A DNA stretch of 32,000 nt from Phormidium tenue FACHB-1050 (GTDB lineage Bacteria; Cyanobacteriota; Cyanobacteriia; Pseudanabaenales; Pseudanabaenaceae), in assembly GCF_014696925.1 (NCBI RefSeq), contig NZ_JACJQY010000037.1, positions 1 through 32,000 on the forward strand, read 5' to 3'. Under the pieces are notes generated by a model. It was not told the DNA's origin and did no database searches. It saw only the letters and a list, made by a program, of their open reading frames with translations. The number at the start of each line of letters is the position of its first letter. Positions within the stretch are counted from its first letter, which is position 1. This document shows positions 7,925 through 17,044 of this stretch, in pieces. Both the position numbers and the translations under genes were made by a program.

Positions 7925-7970
7925 ATCAAGGCGAATTACAAAAGCGATCGCTTTTTTGTAAAATGTAACA

Positions 7971-8348
7971 ATGCTAAATTCTTCTGCACTTTCTTTTGAT
8001 CACTTGCCGACTTGCGATCTCCATGCGATCGCTCCTGAAGCATTACAGGATTTAGTTAATGCGATTTTGCCAGTTGAGAAAGCGCAAAGTATGGCGGAAT
8101 TTTTTGGAATGTTGAGCGATCCTAATCGTTTGCGGATTCTCTCAGTTTTATCCAAGCAGGAATTATGTGTTCACGATCTCGCGGCAGTAGTGGGCATGAG
8201 TGAGTCGGCTGTATCTCATCAGTTGCGAGTTTTACGCACCATGCGTTTAGTTAGCTATCGCAAAAGTAAGCGCAAAGTCTATTACCAACTCCTCGACCAC
8301 CATGTTTTAGATCTTTATCGCTCCGTTTCTGAACATTTAGATGAATAG
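7971..8348 (+). CDS. smtB: ArsR/SmtB-family metal-sensing repressor
   Basis: w[30 protein letters not shown]-terminal [19 protein letters not shown] resembles the alpha5 Zn site. Confidence 0.85.
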   Translation: MLNSSALSFDHLPTCDLHAIAPEALQDLVNAILPVEKAQSMAEFFGMLSDPNRLRILSVLSKQELCVHDLAAVVGMSESAVSHQLRVLRTMRLVSYRKSKRKVYYQLLDHHVLDLYRSVSEHLDE

Positions 8349-8467
8349 GCAACATAATCCGCTTTGCGCCGTATATTGCCTTGTAAAACAACTTTTTGTC
8401 TGGTTGTGAATTCGCCGTGCTAACCTTGTAGCAAATTTTTTATCCTGCTGACCTCTTCAAATAGCCA

Positions 8468-10567
8468 ATGGAAATAACATCATCCTTAGATGCAAATCCA
8501 CTATTAACACCAAGCCAAGATTCGAGTACAGATGCAGGTACGGATGCGAATCAAACCTCTCGTTTGCCTAATCATCGCTTGAGTGCGCCTACTAGCAAGC
8601 CTACTTTGGTGCTGGAATCTTCACCAAGTATTTTGACTGAGGAATTAGCAGGAATCAAACTTTCCCATACCAAACAAAAAGGGGATTGCTTATATCTCTA
8701 TAGTCAAGATCGAGAAGTCAACTGTGCAACCAAGATAATTGAAGCGATCGCCCCAAGCACACAGGATTTAGACAGTTCAGTTTTATATGCTGAAGGAATC
8801 CATCGCCTGAAATTGCATGGCAATGCATGGGCGTTAGGACTAGATTTACCGATCGCCCCATCGGCACTCATTGCTGCTGAAATTATCGCCGCATTATTGA
8901 CCAACTTCCGTCAAGATCAGCAACTAGCACCAAAACTTGCTCAAACTAAGCTGAAGTTGCTGCTCCAAAATAACTGTCTCAATTTACTGTGTGAGACGCG
9001 CACTGCGATTTTGCAAGCAGAGATCGCGCTGCCTATGTTAAATACTTTGCGAGCCGTGAGTGCATCAGAATATTTTCAATCAGTAACAGTGTCCAGCCGC
9101 GTTATCGGTGAGAAAAAACCGAGTTGGTCGTTTGAAATTGACTTGCTAGCGATCGGTTTGCAGAACTCTAATGATGACGAACTATCAGCGATAGAGAATG
9201 AACAAGAGCAAAGTATTGAGTTTATTAGTGAAGATGTAGAGGAAGCTAATGCTTGGCAGAAACTAAGCGGCTATGCAGGGACGAAAATACTTGCGGTCGG
9301 ACAAGCCATTTTTGGATTGAAATGGCTAGGGCAAACTGAACCGAAAATGCTCTCTTTATCTGCTTGTATGGCAAGTTTGGCGATCGGTATTGGTACAACA
9401 ATTGTGGCTGATCGGACGCTGAGTAATTATGCTCAGTCCGATCAGTCAGCCAAACTGATCATTGCTGATTCCAAAATTGATGAGTCAGTAAACCAACCCG
9501 AAACTTCTTCCGAAAAAGGGTTTACCAATAAACCTGCTCCTAATTTTAATATTGCTTTATTCAATGAGAAATTAGCCCTCCTTGATTGGCAGACTACTAA
9601 TAAGCGATCGCCCGAAGTTTTAATTGTGGGTAGTTCGAGAGCTTTGCGGGGCATCGAACCAAAAACCTTAGAAAAAACGCTGAGCAACAAAGGCTACAAA
9701 AATGTCAGCGTCTTTAATCTCGGTATTGATGGCGCAACCGCTAAGGTGGTGAACTTGCAAATTACGCAAATACTCTCACAATCTCAAAGACCGCGTTTAA
9801 TTATTTGGGCTGATGGATTGAGAGCTTTTAATAGTAGTCGCAATGATCTTACCTATGAGGAAATTACGGCTTCGGTTGGCTATAAGCAATTGCAGGAAAC
9901 TCTCAAAGATAAAGAGCGGAATCTTGATCCTATAGCTAATCAAAGTGCGATCGCTGCTACCACAGCACCAAATCCGATCGCTACATCCTTTGATCTTCTT
10001 TTTACGACCTTTTCCAAACGGCAAGAAATTCGGACTTCGTTAGTCCAGAAATTTGATCGAAATACGCATATGCTCAGCAATAGCGAAGCCCTGATTGCGG
10101 CGACCATGCCCAGCACCGTTACAGCCCTTGACCCCAAAGGCTTTGTTGCATTTGATGTCACCTTCGATCCCAACACCTATTTTCAAAAATTCCCCCAAGT
10201 TCCTGGGGATTACGATCTGGACTATCGCAACTTTGAGACCAATGGCTCCCAATTCGAGGCTTTTGCCAATGTAGTTGATTTTTGTCGCCGCAATAATATT
10301 GAGCTTTTGGTCGTGAATATGCCCTTACATGCCACCTATCTCGATCAAATTCGTACTCAATATGAAGCTATTTTCAATGGTCGAATGCAAGAACTCGCCT
10401 TACGTGAAGGCTTTACCTATCTTGATCTTTCCCAAGCGATTATCAATCAATCCGACCTTTTTTCAGACCCCAGCCACTTAAACAAAAAAGGGGCGATCGC
10501 TATCTCTCAACTGCTTGCTCAAAATCCCAAAGTCCGATGGCAAGTCCTCACTAAGAACGGGAAATAG
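8468..10567 (+). CDS. Membrane-associated protein with C-terminal SGNH/DUF1574-like domain and unknown N-terminal half
   Basis: 699 aa. TM region around aa 270-315. C-terminal blocks LIVGSSRALRGI, GIDGATA, LLVVNMPLH, DPSHLNKKGA resemble DUF1574 / AlgX-J-like SGNH proteins. Confidence 0.5.
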   Translation: MEITSSLDANPLLTPSQDSSTDAGTDANQTSRLPNHRLSAPTSKPTLVLESSPSILTEELAGIKLSHTKQKGDCLYLYSQDREVNCATKIIEAIAPSTQDLDSSVLYAEGIHRLKLHGNAWALGLDLPIAPSALIAAEIIAALLTNFRQDQQLAPKLAQTKLKLLLQNNCLNLLCETRTAILQAEIALPMLNTLRAVSASEYFQSVTVSSRVIGEKKPSWSFEIDLLAIGLQNSNDDELSAIENEQEQSIEFISEDVEEANAWQKLSGYAGTKILAVGQAIFGLKWLGQTEPKMLSLSACMASLAIGIGTTIVADRTLSNYAQSDQSAKLIIADSKIDESVNQPETSSEKGFTNKPAPNFNIALFNEKLALLDWQTTNKRSPEVLIVGSSRALRGIEPKTLEKTLSNKGYKNVSVFNLGIDGATAKVVNLQITQILSQSQRPRLIIWADGLRAFNSSRNDLTYEEITASVGYKQLQETLKDKERNLDPIANQSAIAATTAPNPIATSFDLLFTTFSKRQEIRTSLVQKFDRNTHMLSNSEALIAATMPSTVTALDPKGFVAFDVTFDPNTYFQKFPQVPGDYDLDYRNFETNGSQFEAFANVVDFCRRNNIELLVVNMPLHATYLDQIRTQYEAIFNGRMQELALREGFTYLDLSQAIINQSDLFSDPSHLNKKGAIAISQLLAQNPKVRWQVLTKNGK

Positions 10568-10569
10568 CG

Positions 10570-10645
10570 CAAAGCGCTATAAAACCAAAAAGATGAGTGG
10601 CGGCGCTTCACGCCGCCACTCATCTTTTTGACCCCAAGCAAAACT
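10570..10645. mobile_element. MITE-like palindrome, copy B (left arm truncated)
   Basis: AAAAAGATGAGTGGCGGCGCTTCACGCCGCCACTCATCTTTTT plus the right-arm sequence CCAAGCAAAACTTA. Confidence 0.6.
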
Positions 10646-10941
10646 TATACCAATTCACGAAAGTGTGGCAACACTTTTGTGAATTGAAAACCAAACCCAG
10701 TAAGAGTTTTAAAAACACAAAATGGCTATGCCATTTTGTGTTTTGGTATTACATGGCTATGGGCGATCGCCCAAATTTTTAGCTTATTTTGTAAAACTAT
10801 GAAACACTTGTGCTATTTTTGCCCAATATAGTTATGCAAACAGCTATGATCGCCTTATATTGCTTTGCGATCGCGCCGCATATTGGCGATCGTAAAGATC
10901 TAATCTCACTTGGGTAATGAACTCTTAGGAAATCTTGGGCT

Positions 10942-12954
10942 ATGAATACATCAGATCAAGCGCCAACCACCGCCGCAAGCAGAAATAAAACTAAAGCTCT
11001 GGCAAAACGGGGAGGTCGAACTCCCTTCGAGAGCAAACTGATTCAGGCAGGACACGCCACCTCCGACCAGTTCGATCGCGCTGTCAAAGATAGCCAAGAA
11101 CAAAATATTCCATTCCTCAGCGTCCTAGAGCAAATTCTGGGGCAGCAACTGGCTCCAGACATTACCCGCTATTACAAGCGCCAACAACTTTTTGAACTGC
11201 GGGTTCTTTACGGGATTGAACCAATCGATCCCGATGTCGAAATTGACAAGTTTGATATTCCTACCCTTAGCACCTTACTTGACTCCAACATTATCCCAAT
11301 TTCCACTTGTCGGGACTGCGAAGTTTTACCGCTAGTTAAGACTGAAAATAGCATTACGATCGCTGTAGTCTCTCCCGATAGCTACAAAGTCCAAAATGAA
11401 ATTGCTCGCCTACTTAAAAACATCACAATCGTTCGGCGTGTGATCTCCCGTGAAGATTTTCATCGCACCTTTGACAATATTGTCCAATTTCAAGTCAACA
11501 AAAGTGCCAAGGCTGAAGGCGCAATCAGCGATGAAGATCTCCAAGTTAAGGATGACGTTTTTGGCGAAGATATCTCTGACAGTGATCAAGGCGATGAACT
11601 CATGGTTGGCGGCGAAAACTCCGCCCCAATTATCAGCCTCGTCGATAAAATCCTTGTTAAAGCTCTCAAAGAAGGATGTTCCGACATTCACATTGAACCT
11701 CAAGAAAAAGATCTTTGCATTCGTCTGCGTAAGGATGGCGTACTGCGTGAATATTTCTTTCTCAGTGAGAATAAACGCTTACCCAAAAATATTGTCAATG
11801 CCGTAATTTCGCGCTTCAAGATTATCTCTAACTTGAACATTGCTGAAAAGCGCGTTCCTCAGGATGGCAAACTCAAACGCAACTTCCAAGGTCGGCGGGT
11901 AGACTTCCGTGTGAATACTTGCCCTACTCAAAATGGTGAAAAAGTATGTCTCCGAATTCTTGACAACTCTAATACCCAACTCGGACTCAACAAACTGATC
12001 AGCGATCCTGAAAGCTTGGAACTGATGCAAAGTTTCGCGAGACGACCCTATGGATTAATTCTCGTAACTGGTCCTACAGGTTCTGGCAAAACCACTACCC
12101 TATATTCGACCCTAGCCGAATGTAACGATCCTGGGGTCAATATCAGTACTGCTGAAGATCCTGTTGAATATAACTTGCCTGGTTTGACCCAATGTCAAGT
12201 TCTCCGCGAAAAAGGAATGACCTTTGCCAGCATTCTACGAGCATTTCTCCGTCAAGACCCTGATGTCATCCTAGTTGGTGAAACACGAGATGCGGAAACA
12301 GCGAAAACGGCGATCGAGGCTGCGCTAACGGGACACTTAGTTCTCACGACACTACACACCAACGATGCGCCTAGTAGTATTGCCCGTTTAGAGGAAATGG
12401 GCGTGGAACCATTTATGGCAAGTACAGCGATTATTGGTGTTCTTGCCCAACGCCTACTGCGTCGAGTTTGTGACAACTGCCGCATCCCCTATAACCCTAG
12501 TCAAGAAGAACTCGATCGCTTCGGTTTACCAAGCAGCGATCTTGAAAAAACCTTCTATCGAGCCAACATCGTCAACCGTGAAGCCATGCTACCTGGACAA
12601 AGAGTATGTCCAAAATGTAGTGGTTCTGGGTACAAAGGACGAGCAGGTGTCTATGAGATCATGAAAATGACTGAACGCTTGCAAAGTGCCATCAACAAAG
12701 GTGCGACTACCGAAGTCATCAAAGAAATTGCTGTACAAGAGGGCATGAAAACTCTGATGGCATACGCCTTTGACTTGGTAAGACAAGGAGCAACGACTCT
12801 AGACGAAGTGCTGCGAGTTGTATATACAGACAAAGGACGTGAAGCAGAAGAACGCGCCCGACGTGGTAAAGGGCTGGAATGTGACAACTGTGATGCTATG
12901 CTCACACCCGAAACAGTTGAATGCCCATACTGCACAACGCCACGAACTTTCTAA
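10942..12954 (+). CDS. pilB: Type IV pilus assembly ATPase PilB (GspE family)
   Basis: Walker A GPTGSGKTTT, GETRD, tetracysteine CDNC...CPKCSGSGYKGRAGVYE. 670 aa. Heads the pilBTC order known from Synechocystis. Confidence 0.9.
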   Translation: MNTSDQAPTTAASRNKTKALAKRGGRTPFESKLIQAGHATSDQFDRAVKDSQEQNIPFLSVLEQILGQQLAPDITRYYKRQQLFELRVLYGIEPIDPDVEIDKFDIPTLSTLLDSNIIPISTCRDCEVLPLVKTENSITIAVVSPDSYKVQNEIARLLKNITIVRRVISREDFHRTFDNIVQFQVNKSAKAEGAISDEDLQVKDDVFGEDISDSDQGDELMVGGENSAPIISLVDKILVKALKEGCSDIHIEPQEKDLCIRLRKDGVLREYFFLSENKRLPKNIVNAVISRFKIISNLNIAEKRVPQDGKLKRNFQGRRVDFRVNTCPTQNGEKVCLRILDNSNTQLGLNKLISDPESLELMQSFARRPYGLILVTGPTGSGKTTTLYSTLAECNDPGVNISTAEDPVEYNLPGLTQCQVLREKGMTFASILRAFLRQDPDVILVGETRDAETAKTAIEAALTGHLVLTTLHTNDAPSSIARLEEMGVEPFMASTAIIGVLAQRLLRRVCDNCRIPYNPSQEELDRFGLPSSDLEKTFYRANIVNREAMLPGQRVCPKCSGSGYKGRAGVYEIMKMTERLQSAINKGATTEVIKEIAVQEGMKTLMAYAFDLVRQGATTLDEVLRVVYTDKGREAEERARRGKGLECDNCDAMLTPETVECPYCTTPRTF

Positions 12955-12957
12955 AAT

Positions 12958-12983
12958 AAAAACTGCGCGAAGCGCAGTTTTTA
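12958..12983 (+). terminator. Hairpin/attenuator between pilB and pilT
   Basis: AAACTGCGC-GAA-GCGCAGTTTTT. Confidence 0.6.
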
Positions 12984-13041
12984 TTGGCTATATAGGGAAT
13001 CATGCACTTAATTAAGATTAGATACAGGAGAATAGCCCGCT

Positions 13042-14202
13042 ATGGTAATGGACTACATCATTGAAGACTTGATGGAAGAGGTGGTAGAACGCAAAGGTTC
13101 TGACCTCCACATTTCCGCAGGACTTCCGCCTTACATTCGCATTAATGGTCACCTCACCCGTACCGATCGCGATCCACTTACCCCAGAAGAAACTCAGCGT
13201 TTGATTTTTGCGATGCTGAATAACAATCAGCGTAAAGCTCTCGAACAAAACTGGGAGTTAGACTGCTCCTATGGGGTTAAGGGACTTGCCAGATTTCGGG
13301 TGAATGTTTACAAAGATCGGGGAACCTATGCTGCTTGTCTACGGGCGCTTTCTTCCAAAATTCCTGATATGGATGATCTCAACTTGCCGCCGATTGTGCG
13401 TGAACTGAGTGAAAAGCCGCGTGGACTAGTGCTAGTTACAGGACCTACGGGTTCGGGTAAAACCACGACCTTAGCTGCGATGATCCAAACGATCAACAAA
13501 ACTCGTGCCGAACATATTCTCACGGTTGAAGATCCGATTGAATTTGTCTATGAATCCGTAAAAAGTGTGATCCACCAGCGTCAAGTTGGGGAAGATACTA
13601 AAACCTTTGCAAATGCGTTAAAAGCGGCTTTACGGGAAGATCCAGATGTAATTCTCGTAGGAGAAATGCGTGACTTAGAAACGATTCAGTTAGCTGTATC
13701 TGCTGCCGAAACAGGGCATCTTGTATTTGGCACATTGCATACTAGTTCTGCATCCCAAACCGTAGATCGCATGGTGGATGTATTTCCACCAGAGCAACAA
13801 GGACAAATTCGAGTACAGCTTTCTAACTCACTCGTAGCCGTGTTGAGTCAAACTCTTGTCTCACGTCATAATCCACAACCAGGGCAGTTTGGGCGAGTGA
13901 TGGCTCAGGAAATTATGGTGGTAACGCCTGCGATTTCTAACCTTATCCGTGAAGGTAAAACTGCACAAATGTATGGCTTTATCCAAACAGGTGGTAAAGA
14001 ATCAATGCAAACTCTTGAGTCGGTATTGGCAAAGTTATATATGGATGGCGACATTACGTTTGAAGCAGCAATGTCTAAGACTTCGCGTCCTGAAGAATTA
14101 TTACGTGTAGTTGGACCAAACCCTGCTCCTGTAATGAAGCGAAAAGCTGCTGGAGATTTGCGATCGCCAGATATGATCAAATCGCGATCAATCAGTGGTT
14201 AA
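13042..14202 (+). CDS. pilT: Twitching-motility retraction ATPase PilT
   Basis: GPTGSGKTTT, GEMRD, AISNLIREGKT. 386 aa. Confidence 0.92.
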   Translation: MVMDYIIEDLMEEVVERKGSDLHISAGLPPYIRINGHLTRTDRDPLTPEETQRLIFAMLNNNQRKALEQNWELDCSYGVKGLARFRVNVYKDRGTYAACLRALSSKIPDMDDLNLPPIVRELSEKPRGLVLVTGPTGSGKTTTLAAMIQTINKTRAEHILTVEDPIEFVYESVKSVIHQRQVGEDTKTFANALKAALREDPDVILVGEMRDLETIQLAVSAAETGHLVFGTLHTSSASQTVDRMVDVFPPEQQGQIRVQLSNSLVAVLSQTLVSRHNPQPGQFGRVMAQEIMVVTPAISNLIREGKTAQMYGFIQTGGKESMQTLESVLAKLYMDGDITFEAAMSKTSRPEELLRVVGPNPAPVMKRKAAGDLRSPDMIKSRSISG

Positions 14203-14246
14203 CCCATAGTTTTCAATCCATGATTCCTATCAAATGAGGTGCAATA

Positions 14247-15455
14247 ATGGCAAAGTTTAAGGGAACGCTCAAAGACTCCCAAGGCAGGTCGGTACAGCAG
14301 ACAATGGTTGCTGTAACAGTCAAAGAAGCTCGTGAAACTTGGAAGCAAAAAGGCTTTGTTGTTCAAGATATCAAAGAAGTGAAAGGCGGCTTTGATTTTG
14401 CTGGCTTCACGATGAAAAAAGTGACCGTCAAGGACTTAGCTTTGTTCTCGCGACAATTAGCAACCTTGGTTAACGCTGGTGTATCAATGGTGCGTGGTTT
14501 AGGGGTAATGTGCGATCAATGTGCTAACCCTAGACTCAAAATTGCCCTCACCGAAGTTCTGGACGATGTGCAGCAAGGTACTAATTTCTCGGACGCACTG
14601 CGTAAGCACCCAAAGGTATTCGATAAGTTGTACTGTGCAATGGTGCAAGCGGGTGAAACTGGTGGTGTGTTAGATGATGTTTTAGCCCGTCTAGCCACAT
14701 TACTCGAAGATTCGGCACGCTTAAATAACCAAATCAAATCAGCGATGACCTATCCAATTGTGGTTACATCGATCGCGGTTTTAATCTTCTTAGCGATGTG
14801 TATTTTCATCATTCCCGTATTTGATGGCGTATTCAAGAGCTTAGGTGGTGAATTACCCGCATTTACACAAATATTGGTAAATATCAGTAACTTTTTAAAG
14901 AGTCCATCGGTAGCGATTATTCCCATTACTATTTTTGCTCTTGGTTTTGTTTACAACCGTGTTTATGCAACTCCTGCTGGCAAACTCTACCTTGATGGCG
15001 TTTTCTTGAAGTTGCCTTTGTTTGGCGATCTTGTCGTGAAAACTGCCGTTGCTCGATTTGCTCGGACTTTTGGTTCACTCTCCCGTGCAGGTGTACCAAT
15101 TTTGGCTTCACTGGAAATTACGGCGGAAACCGCAGGTAATTTGGTGATTTCTAATGCGATCGACTCAGCGCGAAATGCTGTGAGAGAAGGTGGTCAAATT
15201 GCACCTGCAATGGAAAAGACAGAAGTATTTCCTGTAATGGCTTTGCAAATGGTCAGTATCGGTGAAGAAACTGGTGAAATTGACAAGATGCTTATGAAGG
15301 TCGCTGACTTTTATGAGAATGAAGTTGAAGAAGCGGTAAAGGCTCTCACAAGTTTGATGGAACCTCTGATGATCGTTGTCTTAGGTGGCATGGTCGGTTC
15401 GATTATTGTCGGGATGTACTTACCGATTTTCTCGATTATGGACAAAATCAAATAA
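14247..15455 (+). CDS. pilC: Type IV pilus platform protein PilC (GspF family)
   Basis: Duplicated GspF domains (QAGETGG..., IGEETGEIDKML) and three hydrophobic segments. 402 aa. Confidence 0.9.
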   Translation: MAKFKGTLKDSQGRSVQQTMVAVTVKEARETWKQKGFVVQDIKEVKGGFDFAGFTMKKVTVKDLALFSRQLATLVNAGVSMVRGLGVMCDQCANPRLKIALTEVLDDVQQGTNFSDALRKHPKVFDKLYCAMVQAGETGGVLDDVLARLATLLEDSARLNNQIKSAMTYPIVVTSIAVLIFLAMCIFIIPVFDGVFKSLGGELPAFTQILVNISNFLKSPSVAIIPITIFALGFVYNRVYATPAGKLYLDGVFLKLPLFGDLVVKTAVARFARTFGSLSRAGVPILASLEITAETAGNLVISNAIDSARNAVREGGQIAPAMEKTEVFPVMALQMVSIGEETGEIDKMLMKVADFYENEVEEAVKALTSLMEPLMIVVLGGMVGSIIVGMYLPIFSIMDKIK

Positions 15456-15456
15456 T

Positions 15457-15488
15457 AAAAAAAGCCCTGCATTGCAGGGCTTTTTTTA
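15457..15488. terminator. Bidirectional terminator between pilC and miaA
   Basis: A-run, AGCCCTGCA/TGCAGGGCT stem, T-run. Same TGCATTGCA centre as the 6093 terminator. Confidence 0.8.
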
Positions 15489-16400
15489 TAACAGTGCGAT
15501 CGCCTCTTCCCAACTACTTCCTGATCGCAACCAATGAATTGGTAAATTCCCATTACCCGAACCGCGAAACCATGTACGCTGTCGTTTGGCAAATTGGCAG
15601 GTATGGGTAACTGTGAGTAGTTTTGCAGTTTCTAGATCGGTTTTATTATCTAAATAGTCAGACATCTCACCATAGCCTAAAGTTTTTAAAAGCGGTAAAT
15701 CCTTTCCATAACACTTTTGCAAATCACGAATTTCATCTAGCCAACCATTTAGGAGCATCTGTTCAGTGCGATCGCTAACTAACTTGCGATAAGCATCCAG
15801 ATCTTCACATTCCAAGCCAATCTGTACAATCGGATAGCTCGGTGGTTGCTCGTATTGTTGTTCTGAGAGCGGCTTTCCTGTTACATAGAAAACCTCTAGC
15901 GATCGTAAAGTTCTAATTTGATCGTTAGCATGAATTTTGGTAGCTCCCACAGGATCAACCTGTTGCAAAATCTGATAGCAATAGGTTTGTCCTAGTTCCT
16001 CAAATTGCGATCGCAGTTCAGGCTGAGGCGCGACTCTAGGAATTTTTAGTCCTGCGGTAATTGCCTTAATATACAAACCTGAGCCACCGACTAAAATCGG
16101 CGTAATTCCCTGAGCATGGAACCTCGCGATTAAAGTTTGCGCCTGATCTTGATAATCCGCCAACGTCAAAGTTTGATCGGGTTCGATAATATCAATCAAG
16201 TAATGGGGAACACCTTGTCGTTCTTCTATAGTTGGTTTCGCTGTACCAATGTTCAAATGACGATAAACTTGGCGCGAATCGGCACTCAGAATTGGTGCAT
16301 TTAGGTGCTTGGCAAGTGCGATCGCCAGACTAGTTTTCCCCGTAGCAGTTGCTCCTAAAATTACAATTAAACCCACAGGTTGTTTTATCGATTCCATCAT
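15486..16400 (-). CDS. miaA: tRNA dimethylallyltransferase
   Basis: P-loop GATATGKTSLAIALA, DSRQVYRHLNIGTAKP. 304 aa. Confidence 0.92.
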   Translation of the reverse strand: MMESIKQPVGLIVILGATATGKTSLAIALAKHLNAPILSADSRQVYRHLNIGTAKPTIEERQGVPHYLIDIIEPDQTLTLADYQDQAQTLIARFHAQGITPILVGGSGLYIKAITAGLKIPRVAPQPELRSQFEELGQTYCYQILQQVDPVGATKIHANDQIRTLRSLEVFYVTGKPLSEQQYEQPPSYPIVQIGLECEDLDAYRKLVSDRTEQMLLNGWLDEIRDLQKCYGKDLPLLKTLGYGEMSDYLDNKTDLETAKLLTVTHTCQFAKRQRTWFRGSGNGNLPIHWLRSGSSWEEAIALL

Positions 16401-16497
16401 CGGTTAAGAATAGTGACAACATACATAGCAGAACGAATACGAAATAAATTGCAGCGATAATAGATGTATAGCATTCCTCGTATATGAGGAGGGCACA

Positions 16498-16962
16498 ATG
16501 AAAACTAAATTAGTTGCAATTTTGGCTGTGATTGGAATTGGTTGGGCGATGCCTTTAGAAGCCTATGACCCTGTTCAAGTTCAACAACTACTCCAAACCA
16601 AACAATGTGCAGGTTGCGATTTAACTAACGCAAATCTAGCGGGTACTGATTTGAGCCAATCGCACTTAATCGGCGCATCTCTCGTGGGAGCAAACTTAAG
16701 CGGGGCTAATCTCACCAATGCTAACTTGGAAGGTGCTGATCTTACGGGTGCAAAACTGGAAACAGCCAATCTCACCCAAGCTTTTCTGACCGATGCCATT
16801 CTCAATGACACCAATTTAAAGGGTGCTAACTTTACTAACGCTGTGTTAGTCCATGCGAACTTACGCAGGGCAGATATTAACAATACCATCTTCAAAAATG
16901 CCAACGTGAATGGAGCTGACTTTACTGGCACAAATTACAGTCTAGCTACCAGCGATGAATAA
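16498..16962 (+). CDS. Secreted pentapeptide-repeat protein
   Basis: Signal peptide MKTKLVAILAVIGIGWA, then continuous A(D/N)LxG-type pentapeptides. Confidence 0.85.
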   Translation: MKTKLVAILAVIGIGWAMPLEAYDPVQVQQLLQTKQCAGCDLTNANLAGTDLSQSHLIGASLVGANLSGANLTNANLEGADLTGAKLETANLTQAFLTDAILNDTNLKGANFTNAVLVHANLRRADINNTIFKNANVNGADFTGTNYSLATSDE

Positions 16963-16967
16963 TATTA

Positions 16968-17006
16968 ATTCTTTTGTAGCGCGGCGAAGCCGCGCTACAA
17001 AAGAAT
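16968..17006. terminator. Long GAA-triloop hairpin between convergent genes
   Basis: ATTCTTTTGTAGCGCGGC-GAA-GCCGCGCTACAAAAGAAT. Confidence 0.7.
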
Positions 17007-17017
17007 TGGTTAAAGAC

Positions 17018-17044
17018 AAAAGGCGGTGCGAAGCACCGCCTTTT
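17018..17044. terminator. Second GAA-triloop hairpin
   Basis: AAAAGGCGGTGC-GAA-GCACCGCCTTTT. Confidence 0.7.

Noticed and set aside
10597-10782. 61-aa plus-strand ORF
   Set aside because: It spans MITE copy B and two further hairpins, and starts with GTG inside a stem.
11450-11806. Alternative-frame and antisense ORFs inside pilB (also 11410-11703, 11779-12030, 12252-12935)
   Set aside because: They are nested in a gene with complete GspE motifs, and none has a recognisable signature.
16581-16931. 116-aa antisense ORF within the pentapeptide-repeat gene
   Set aside because: It is a repeat-driven open frame. The plus-strand product has a signal peptide and a perfect pentapeptide pattern.
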